The notes beneath the pieces are model-generated. The model saw nothing but the letters and a program-made list of their open reading frames with translations. It searched no databases and was not told where the DNA came from. Of a stretch of 64,000 bases of DNA, positions 54,515 through 62,037 are shown in pieces; position 1 is the first letter of the stretch; every line of letters begins with the position of its first letter. Both the position numbers and the translations under genes were made by a program. Origin of the DNA: Bacteroidia bacterium (lineage in GTDB: Bacteria > Bacteroidota > Bacteroidia > 2-12-FULL-35-15); assembly GCA_036399275.1 (NCBI GenBank), contig DASWNK010000084.1, positions 8,350-72,349 of the forward strand, in the 5' to 3' direction.

Positions 54515-55288
54515 TTAAAACCATTTCTTACCCCAAACCATCTTAAGGTATAAGGTAGCAAATACTTGTTGTTTTTTACTGAAGGCCATCATGGGAAGAG
54601 CTACGGGGTATACATCTAACACAGCGCCTGTCTCGAGCGCTTTGATCACATTATATCTTTTTCCGTATTCGAAGCTCAAAGCAACCTTTCCATATCCTCC
54701 CGGATAGACTCTCATCTGATCTACTCCTTTAAAGAAAGAAGCTTTGCCATAGATCTGGGCAGGAAAGTGTTCATTCGGATCATATCTTTCTGTTGAAACA
54801 GTATTGATAGAGGGATCATGAGTAGGACGAATCACTTCCAGATAAACAGGTTTTGCAAATGCGATTGTAGCGCCAACAAAATAGGAGAACCGGATCTCTA
54901 CATTCTTTTTTTCCGCTTTCTCAAACAAGATGTTTTGAAAACCGATGCCCGGACGAATCACCAAAAAAGAATTCAGCTTGCCGTAAACAAAGCCTTTGGC
55001 ATTATCATAATAGGAGTTTACACTCTTGATTTCTTTGGGATGCTTAAAGTTCTGCGCTTCGATCTCCAGCATGCGTTTGCGGGTTCCATGGATATGATAC
55101 CCTCTGCGGTAAGCAATTCCTAATCCTCCGGCGGAATGAACAAACAAGCTAAAGCTCGATTCATTTCTGTACAATACCTTCAGATCCTCTCCGCTTTGTA
55201 AACGCGTAAGATCATCTTTCAATTCCTGCGAAATGGCAGACAAAGAAAAAAGGGAAAAGAAAATAAATAGATACAGATTTCTGCGCAT
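54515..55288 (-). CDS. Hypothetical secreted / outer-membrane protein
   Basis: 257 aa with a signal peptide ending AISQ. It is beta-rich and ends with aromatic residues (KKWF). Confidence 0.45.
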   Translation of the reverse strand: MRRNLYLFIFFSLFSLSAISQELKDDLTRLQSGEDLKVLYRNESSFSLFVHSAGGLGIAYRRGYHIHGTRKRMLEIEAQNFKHPKEIKSVNSYYDNAKGFVYGKLNSFLVIRPGIGFQNILFEKAEKKNVEIRFSYFVGATIAFAKPVYLEVIRPTHDPSINTVSTERYDPNEHFPAQIYGKASFFKGVDQMRVYPGGYGKVALSFEYGKRYNVIKALETGAVLDVYPVALPMMAFSKKQQVFATLYLKMVWGKKWF

Positions 55289-55358
55289 TAGCTACCTTTG
55301 CTATTAGAGATACCACAAATATACAAAACAAAAGATATTTATCCCACACATAACAACG

Positions 55359-55769
55359 ATGAAAACAGCAAAAATTATATACCAAGGAAATCTTCGTACC
55401 GAATCAACCCATCTTCAGTCGGGCAAAAGCATTATCACCGATGCGCCAATCGACAATAACGGCAAAGGCGAAGCATTCTCTCCCACCGATATGCTGGCAA
55501 CATCTCTGGGATGCTGCATGCTAACAATTATGGGCATTGTAGCAGGCCGCAACGAGATCAATATCCAAGGTACGACCATTGAGATCACTAAAATTATGAA
55601 AGCAGATCCACGACGTGTGGGGGAAATCATTGTTGAATTTACCATGCCGGCGAATTATAACGAAAAGGAGAAAAATCTGCTGGAACATGCAGCTCATACC
55701 TGCCCGGTGGCAAAGAGCCTCTGCGCTGACCTGGTGCAGACAGTTATTTTTAACTATCCGGCTATTTAA
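55359..55769 (+). CDS. OsmC-family peroxiredoxin-like protein
   Basis: 136 aa with the two conserved Cys contexts of OsmC/Ohr proteins (LGCCMLT and HTCPVAKS). Confidence 0.8.
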   Translation: MKTAKIIYQGNLRTESTHLQSGKSIITDAPIDNNGKGEAFSPTDMLATSLGCCMLTIMGIVAGRNEINIQGTTIEITKIMKADPRRVGEIIVEFTMPANYNEKEKNLLEHAAHTCPVAKSLCADLVQTVIFNYPAI

Positions 55770-56103
55770 GGGCCGAAACAATGTTCTGGGTAGAAATATC
55801 GGAATGGGAAGTGGTATAACTGCACTTCCCGTTTTTTATGACCAGAATTTGAGGAGATTCATGAGAAACGCCATATTTTCGGGCAATTTCATCTGATAAA
55901 GCGCGGTAACGGATCAAATCAAGAAAATAAACAGGTATTTCATCAGAAAGGTTCCAGGATCGTTCCAAACGATCGAGCGCCATGGAACTGATAGAACAAC
56001 GGGTGCTGTGTTTAAATATAACAACGCCTTTTACTTCAAGCTGATGGGATAATTGATCAAGCTCATTCAACTGCTCTTCAGCTGTTAACTGTAACCAATT
56101 CAT
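55762..56103 (-). CDS. ytxJ: YtxJ-family monothiol bacilliredoxin-like protein
   Basis: 113 aa with a thioredoxin-like fold. It has the single-Cys motif KHSTRCSIS, corresponding to the TCPIS-type motif of YtxJ. Confidence 0.65.
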   Translation of the reverse strand: MNWLQLTAEEQLNELDQLSHQLEVKGVVIFKHSTRCSISSMALDRLERSWNLSDEIPVYFLDLIRYRALSDEIARKYGVSHESPQILVIKNGKCSYTTSHSDISTQNIVSALK

Positions 56104-56118
56104 GAAAATAACAGAATA

Positions 56119-56259
56119 TTAAAGAGGGAGAGGGGACTCACTCACTTTGACCTTGTCAACTTTACTGGTTACGCCTGCACAAGGGGTATGCGACTTGCAA
56201 GAAGTTAAAAAAGAGCCCAAAAATAAGGCTGAGATGGCAACAAGTATGATTTTTCTCAT
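56119..56259 (-). CDS. Mini-lipoprotein (46 aa), not in the ORF track
   Basis: My own translation is MRKIILVAISALFLGSFLTSCKSHTPCAGVTSKVDKVKVSESPLPL*. It has the lipobox LTSC and ends 15 nt upstream of ytxJ. Confidence 0.5.
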   Translation of the reverse strand: MRKIILVAISALFLGSFLTSCKSHTPCAGVTSKVDKVKVSESPLPL

Positions 56260-56285
56260 TGATGAACAGTTTTTGTGAATAGTGA

Positions 56286-56438
56286 TTAAATGGATTTTTC
56301 GGTTTTATCGGTAATGGTTTTCCCAGAATCAATCTTATTTATTTTACCGTAAGCCGCACAACGTTCATGACTTCTGCAGGATGTTAGAGTAGCACCTACA
56401 AAAATAATGGACAAAATAATTACAAAAAACTTTTTCAT
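56286..56438 (-). CDS. Mini-lipoprotein (50 aa), paralog of the 56119-56259 gene, not in the ORF track
   Basis: My own translation is MKKFFVIILSIIFVGATLTSCRSHERCAAYGKINKIDSGKTITDKTEKSI*. It shares the LTSC(K/R)SHxxCA motif. Confidence 0.5.
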   Translation of the reverse strand: MKKFFVIILSIIFVGATLTSCRSHERCAAYGKINKIDSGKTITDKTEKSI

Positions 56439-56566
56439 GTTCATCAGTTTAAATGATCTGTGTTGAATGCAAAATTAAAATAATTCTAGATTTAAGCAAA
56501 CCATTTGTCGATTATTTTTTAAACAAAACGACAAAAAGACCTAATTTTGTCGCCAAAACGACCAGT

Positions 56567-57247
56567 ATGGTAAAAGCGGAGATCCTCATTCATGAAAGCT
56601 GGAAACAGGTATTACAAGATCAATTCCTGGCGTCGTATTTTGCTAATCTGAAAGCTTTCCTGGAAAACGAAAAGAAACACCATATCGTATATCCACCTGG
56701 AAATCAGATATTTTCAGCCTTCAACCACACTCCTTTCGACAAAGTGAAAGTGGTGATTATAGGCCAGGATCCCTACCATGGCCCTGGACAAGCGCATGGT
56801 TTAGCTTTCTCGGTGAACCGCGGCATCCGTAAACCGCCTTCCCTCGTCAATATTTTTAAGGAACTACAATCCGACCTGGGAATTCCGGTTCCCCAGGACG
56901 GAAACCTGGAGCCCTGGGCCGACCAGGGAGTATTATTGCTGAATGCTATACTTACTGTAAGAGCAGCAACACCCGGCTCTCACCAGAAAAAAGGTTGGGA
57001 ACAATTTACCGATGCAGTGATTAAGACCATTTCTGACCATAAAACGGGAGTTGTGTTTCTCCTATGGGGAAATTTCGCTCAAACCAAGGCCGAATTGATC
57101 GATAAAGACAAACATTTTATTCTTACCGCCGCTCATCCTTCCCCTTTGGCCAGAGGCGCTTTTTTCGGATGCAGGCATTTCTCCAAAACAAATAAAATAC
57201 TGGAACACCAGGGCTTAATGCCGATCGACTGGAGACTTGAAAAATAA
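56567..57247 (+). CDS. ung: Uracil-DNA glycosylase (family 1)
   Basis: The start is at ATG 56567. The motifs are GQDPYHGPGQAHGLAFSV and HPSPLA. The upstream 38 codons of the ORF track look non-coding. Confidence 0.9.
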   Translation: MVKAEILIHESWKQVLQDQFLASYFANLKAFLENEKKHHIVYPPGNQIFSAFNHTPFDKVKVVIIGQDPYHGPGQAHGLAFSVNRGIRKPPSLVNIFKELQSDLGIPVPQDGNLEPWADQGVLLLNAILTVRAATPGSHQKKGWEQFTDAVIKTISDHKTGVVFLLWGNFAQTKAELIDKDKHFILTAAHPSPLARGAFFGCRHFSKTNKILEHQGLMPIDWRLEK

Positions 57248-57252
57248 AAACA

Positions 57253-57277
57253 GCCTGCTTTCCAAAGGATCGCAGGC
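57253..57277 (-). terminator. Possible terminator of the esterase gene
   Basis: gcctgc (57253-57258) pairs with gcaggc (57272-57277). The - strand has tttttatttt after the hairpin. The loop is 13 nt. Confidence 0.4.
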
Positions 57278-57297
57278 CATTCATTACCGGATAAAAA

Positions 57298-58668
57298 CTA
57301 TTGTTTGACCATTTTATGAACTTGTTTAGATCCTTCGGAGATCATTTCCACCAGGTAAACACCTTTCTCAAGGCCTGAAATATCCTTTTGAATGAAGCTT
57401 CTCTGGTTTGCCGGAACTTCTAAATCATAACCGATAACCATCATTCCCAATACATTTACAATCCGGATCATAACCGTTTCCTGTTTTACTGACTGAAGCG
57501 AGATCCCGAGCAGATCTTTTGCCGGATTAGGGTATATCAGAAAATCAAGTTGCCTAAGATCTTCATTCAGGCCTGTTGCAACCATGCTGATGATGTTGGA
57601 AGTATGCAGACAACTATTGAGATAGGTCACCTCCACATAATAGTTTCCGCCCGCGGTTGTGATATAATTCTGAGCATTGGCTCCCGGAATCAATGTCCCG
57701 TTCCAAAACCATTGGTAGCTTGCGGCAGAGGTTGAGCTCAGCACCAAACCCGATTGTGTGATCACCGGAGAATTGACTTCGCATTGCTGATCATAAGTAA
57801 TGCGCGGTGAAGCTGCAAGTGAATCGTTAAATGTATCCCAGGCTGTGCAATTATCCTTTAAGTAATATTCCAGCCATAATTTCAGAAAGTCTGATACAGC
57901 ATCCTGCTGCTGTGTTCTGGTGATGGTTGGCGCGGGCGAACAAGTAGATTGTCCGAATGAACAATTGAAATTGCTGTTTGCAAATTCGCAATGAGCGCCA
58001 CCTTTTATACTGACAAACGTTTTGCAGGCGGAAGCCAGTGAATCATACATTTTAATCTGATGATCAGCCGGAGGAGCCACGCAATCATTTTGCCCGCTGA
58101 ATACCAGGGCAGGAACAGTTACATTCTGGGCAGCGCCAATAGAAGAAGGAGTCGTATTGGCTGCAGCAAACGTCACCATGGTAGTAATACCCGGATTGCT
58201 TTCTGCAGCAAGAAAGGCGCTTCCGCCACCCATGGAATGTCCCATGATGGCTGACTTTGTATTGATGTGATTATATAACAGGGAAGCGGCATTTACAGCG
58301 CTTTCGCTTTGAAGCTTCGTGATCAGGAATTTCAGGTCCTTTCCGAATTCGGCATGGTTTGGACTAATACTTCCTTCAGTGCGGGGAAAAGCAACAATAT
58401 ATCCCTGTGGCACCAAGTCATCCCATATGTTTTGATAAGAATCCCAAGCCATTACAAACCCATGTCCGAATACAATAACAGGATAAGTTCCCGCCGAAAC
58501 CGGCACTCCCGTTCCCGCGGTTGCAGCAGGATAATAGATCTCGGTTTGAATACTGCGCCCTCCCCTTGCCGGATCGGTATAGGTGATCTGAACATGGCCC
58601 ACCTGATAGGTTTGCGCCTTCAACATTAAAGAGAAAAGCAAGAAAGCAAAAAGGATGATTTTTTTCAT
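57298..58668 (-). CDS. Secreted cutinase/PETase-like alpha/beta-hydrolase (dienelactone-hydrolase-like esterase) with T9SS C-terminal sorting domain
   Basis: 456 aa with a signal peptide. The nucleophile elbow is MGHSMGGG (Ser145 codon at 58234-58236). The Asp region is VPALVFSGQNDCVAPP and the His region is GGAHCEFANS. The C-terminus reads LIYPNPAKDLLGISL...GVYLVEMIS. Confidence 0.65.
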   Translation of the reverse strand: MKKIILFAFLLFSLMLKAQTYQVGHVQITYTDPARGGRSIQTEIYYPAATAGTGVPVSAGTYPVIVFGHGFVMAWDSYQNIWDDLVPQGYIVAFPRTEGSISPNHAEFGKDLKFLITKLQSESAVNAASLLYNHINTKSAIMGHSMGGGSAFLAAESNPGITTMVTFAAANTTPSSIGAAQNVTVPALVFSGQNDCVAPPADHQIKMYDSLASACKTFVSIKGGAHCEFANSNFNCSFGQSTCSPAPTITRTQQQDAVSDFLKLWLEYYLKDNCTAWDTFNDSLAASPRITYDQQCEVNSPVITQSGLVLSSTSAASYQWFWNGTLIPGANAQNYITTAGGNYYVEVTYLNSCLHTSNIISMVATGLNEDLRQLDFLIYPNPAKDLLGISLQSVKQETVMIRIVNVLGMMVIGYDLEVPANQRSFIQKDISGLEKGVYLVEMISEGSKQVHKMVKQ

Positions 58669-58878
58669 GATTGTTTTTTTTTACAAATGTACTTCCGGGA
58701 AAGAGGCATTAAAAGTCCTCTGTCAGGGGAAGTATCAGACCAGAAAATTCCGGGTCCTTCCGCTTCTGAGTCATCTGTGATGCCTATTGCCCTCCTTTTT
58801 TTCTCTCACTCAAGGAAGAAAATCAGAACCGTTTTGAATTTGATTTTTTTTGAGATACTTTCGAGCAGGAAAAAAATC

Positions 58879-60393
58879 ATGCTGAGCATACAAAAAGTAA
58901 TACTTCTGCTACAGGATTCGCATTATGAAGAATTCACGCTTCATTTGAAAAAAACAAATGCAGAATTACCCCACAAGCTTGTTACCGAAATTCGGAAGGA
59001 TGGATGGGAACAAAAAGAATCCGACGATCTCTGCAATGCCGTTTATGGAACAAACGATGAGAAGAGCAAAAAGAAATTTTTTCAGCTGGTCCATTATACG
59101 TTCCGCCTCAGCTCTTACCTAAGCCGCAACTATCCTTCTTATCTCAGTCATAATATCTCATCCATAGAACACCTGATCAACAAAGGCAAGTTAGCGGAGG
59201 CGAATGCCCTTGCAGAGATTTTGCTGGATGTAGCAGAAAAGATCGAAGACTTCCCAACGGCTATTGCCGTACTGAAATATTTTGCTCAACAATCGTTCGT
59301 AACGGAAAATAAAAATGCTGCTATAAAAAACCATCAGCGCATCAGTGAACTGCTGAAGAACGAACACATCATCAATCAGATGTATTTGTACATGCGGCAA
59401 AACCTTAATTTTAAAGGAAAGAGTGTTCTGAGCGACAAAGAGATGGAAGAGCATCTGATGTTTTACGACAAATACCGCAACAATGAATCACTGAGTTTGC
59501 AGCTTTTAGGGCGATACTCCTATTGCCATACGCTGAACTATCTGAACGATGCCCGTTTTTACAGCAAGGAAACACTGGAGGAGATTGATCGCCTGATGGA
59601 AGATCTGGAAAAGAACAGCTTTATCATTTTTTCCTTTTCTGACGATATTCAATTGAATGTGGATTACCTGAAACTAAAGCACCTTCTTGGTTCATTGTCA
59701 GGAGATGAATTACAGAAAGAAGCCGCATTGCTAATCAAGCAAAGAGAGCCATTGCGTTTCTGGAAAAATTATGTAAATACGCCGGAGATCATTTACTTGA
59801 GCATACAGGTGAGTTATTTCCTGACACATTATTGCCGTGGTTATCGTGAAGGATACAATGAAGGCTTGCCGAAAGACGTAAAAACACAAATTGAATTTTA
59901 CAAGCAAAAGAGCGCGGAGATCATTGCCAAACCCATTTGGAATGAAGGGATGCACGTGCGGTTTATTAACCTGAACAATATTTATTGCGGTTTTTTAATT
60001 CTTGGAACAAAACAGGACATAAAAAAAGCAACAGAGAAACTGGAATACCTGCTTGTGAATTTTCAGCAGATCGCATTCCAGCGTTTGCACGATGCACTGT
60101 TTGCAACCCTGATGCTGGGCTATTTCTTCCTGCAGGACCATGAAAAGATCCAGGAGTGCTACAAGCGTTTTGAGAAACTAACTGCAAACATCAATAAAAA
60201 TGTGGAGAATGATTTTACGATCAAGGTGATCTATTATTCTTCCCAATGGATCAGCACTGAGCGCAAACAATATGTAGAAAAGCTACAGGGAATTTCTGAT
60301 AAAATATCCGAAAACGAAAAACTGGATCATCTGCAAATCTTCATTGATGATGTGGCGAAGTATTTTGATATTCCAATGAAAGTCCTGAAATGA
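58879..60393 (+). CDS. Hypothetical all-helical (TPR-like repeat) cytoplasmic protein
   Basis: The start is set at ATG 58879 (MLSIQKVILLLQD...), because the upstream 64 codons of the ORF track look non-coding. The protein is 504 aa and rich in Leu/Lys/Glu/Tyr helices. Confidence 0.5.
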   Translation: MLSIQKVILLLQDSHYEEFTLHLKKTNAELPHKLVTEIRKDGWEQKESDDLCNAVYGTNDEKSKKKFFQLVHYTFRLSSYLSRNYPSYLSHNISSIEHLINKGKLAEANALAEILLDVAEKIEDFPTAIAVLKYFAQQSFVTENKNAAIKNHQRISELLKNEHIINQMYLYMRQNLNFKGKSVLSDKEMEEHLMFYDKYRNNESLSLQLLGRYSYCHTLNYLNDARFYSKETLEEIDRLMEDLEKNSFIIFSFSDDIQLNVDYLKLKHLLGSLSGDELQKEAALLIKQREPLRFWKNYVNTPEIIYLSIQVSYFLTHYCRGYREGYNEGLPKDVKTQIEFYKQKSAEIIAKPIWNEGMHVRFINLNNIYCGFLILGTKQDIKKATEKLEYLLVNFQQIAFQRLHDALFATLMLGYFFLQDHEKIQECYKRFEKLTANINKNVENDFTIKVIYYSSQWISTERKQYVEKLQGISDKISENEKLDHLQIFIDDVAKYFDIPMKVLK

Positions 60394-60746
60394 AAATAAG
60401 CTTACTCTATATAATGGCATTGCTGTATGTCGCTGCCGGGATCTATCATTTTGTGAACCCGAAGATGTATATGAAAATAATGCCTCCCTATCTTCCTTAT
60501 CACCTTCCTTTGGTTTATATCAGCGGAGTGATAGAAATTATACTGGGCATTCTGCTGATCCCGGAAAGCACGCGACCCGTTGCTGCATGGCTCGTAATCG
60601 CAATGTTAATTGCAATTTTCCCAGCCAATATTCAAATGGCGGTTAAATTCTGGCAAAAAAGCAGTCCTTCTTTATGGATTGCGCTGCTTCGCCTTCCGCT
60701 GCAATTTGTATTGATATGGATGGCTTGGCTCTATACAAAAAGATAA
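60390..60746 (+). CDS. Small four-TM membrane protein (DoxX-like)
   Basis: 118 aa with four hydrophobic helices. It has a 4-nt ATGA overlap with the upstream gene. Confidence 0.5.
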   Translation: MKISLLYIMALLYVAAGIYHFVNPKMYMKIMPPYLPYHLPLVYISGVIEIILGILLIPESTRPVAAWLVIAMLIAIFPANIQMAVKFWQKSSPSLWIALLRLPLQFVLIWMAWLYTKR

Positions 60747-61307
60747 ATGCAAAAGCTTAAACTCTTCTTCTTTATCCTTTTTCTCACGCCTGTAATCTGT
60801 GCATTATTTGGAATCATCCATGATCATGTTACCTGCTCCATTTCAGAAGAGTATTATACAAAGTTTAAGTTCATACAATTCGGATTGATTAATAAAAGCA
60901 TACCATCGCAACTAAGTTTCCGGGAAGGAGCTACTATTGTTGGAATCATGGCCACCTGGTGGATGGGGATCCCGATCGCTATAATGCTTGGAGGCATTTT
61001 GATGTTCTTTAAAAACGACGGCTCCTTGTACCGTCACTATGTAATAACAATGACCATTACTTTTGCGGTAACTGTGCTTGCCGCATTCGCAGGTTACCTG
61101 TATTGGAAAATACACTTACAACGCACAACAGTAAACTGGTACATGCCGGAAAACCTTCTTGACAAAGAAAGTTTTATTTGTGTGGGAAGCATTCATAACT
61201 TCAGTTACATGGGCGCTGTTGCCGGTCTAATGATGGCTGTGCTTTATCTGATCATACAAAAGGGGAAACAAACAGAGAATAAAAAAATACTGCGCTTCCG
61301 CGAATAA
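60747..61307 (+). CDS. Hypothetical membrane protein
   Basis: 186 aa with 4 predicted TM helices. It starts immediately after the previous stop codon. Confidence 0.5.
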   Translation: MQKLKLFFFILFLTPVICALFGIIHDHVTCSISEEYYTKFKFIQFGLINKSIPSQLSFREGATIVGIMATWWMGIPIAIMLGGILMFFKNDGSLYRHYVITMTITFAVTVLAAFAGYLYWKIHLQRTTVNWYMPENLLDKESFICVGSIHNFSYMGAVAGLMMAVLYLIIQKGKQTENKKILRFRE

Positions 61308-61308
61308 T

Positions 61309-61338
61309 ACGGTCGCAGTAAATAAGTACTGCGACCGT
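61309..61338. terminator. 12-bp perfect hairpin between convergent genes
   Basis: acggtcgcagta (61309-61320) pairs with tactgcgaccgt (61327-61338). There is no clear U-tract on either side. Confidence 0.45.
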
Positions 61339-61349
61339 CCTCTCTCCTC

Positions 61350-61817
61350 TTAAAGCCTCTCAAACATGATAAACGATGAGCTATTATCATAAGGGCTTAC
61401 ACCTTTCAGCGTAAATATATTTTCATTTTCACGAAGAAAATGCCATCTGTTGTTATTGAGCTCCTTTAAAGGTTTTGTGTCGAATAGCAATCTAAAAACG
61501 GCATCCCCTCTTGACCATTTCCCTTTTTCCGAAATATTATCATAGGTGGCAACGGCTGTTCCGTTTGGAAGAAATTGAAATACATAACTCTTAAAATGAT
61601 CGTTTATTTCATTGGAATGCCATTGAAATTTCGAGATCTTCCAACTGCCAGTTGTGATCCTGCTATAGCGCTCCATGCTTTTTTCTTCATTTGAAGAATC
61701 CTTCGCCTGCGCTTGTTTAGCGGCAGTCGGTGTTGGCTCCATATATGTTTTTTCGCAAGCTGCCAAACCCGCGATCATGGTAATTGCTATTCCGAGTATT
61801 TTTATCCTATTTATCAT
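61350..61817 (-). CDS. Hypothetical lipoprotein
   Basis: 155 aa with the lipobox LAAC. The remainder is beta-rich and of lipocalin-like size. Confidence 0.5.
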   Translation of the reverse strand: MINRIKILGIAITMIAGLAACEKTYMEPTPTAAKQAQAKDSSNEEKSMERYSRITTGSWKISKFQWHSNEINDHFKSYVFQFLPNGTAVATYDNISEKGKWSRGDAVFRLLFDTKPLKELNNNRWHFLRENENIFTLKGVSPYDNSSSFIMFERL

Positions 61818-61984
61818 TTGAACCTCCTTTGTTGTTAGATTACATTTATTGATAAGGATACAAAACGACCGCCATATAAGCCTTTGAAAGCAACAAATCG
61901 TTATACGGGAAATCCGGGTATACAGGAAGGCAGAAAAAATAGTCGGGGGAAATTCCCGAATAGATTAATGTAGAATCATTGCCC

Positions 61985-62014
61985 TAAAAAAAACCCATCA
62001 GCGAACCAATGGGT
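61985..62014 (-). terminator. Rho-independent terminator of alaS
   Basis: acccat (61993-61998) pairs with atgggt (62009-62014). The - strand has a T8 run after the hairpin. Confidence 0.5.
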
Positions 62015-62037
62015 ATTTTTTATTTATAGCGTATAAA

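Noticed and set aside
58687-58878. 64-codon N-terminal extension of the helical protein ORF (MYFRERGIKS...)
   Set aside because: The extension overlaps the divergent promoter region next to the esterase gene and has non-coding composition, including poly-T and poly-A runs. ATG 58879 gives a sensible start.
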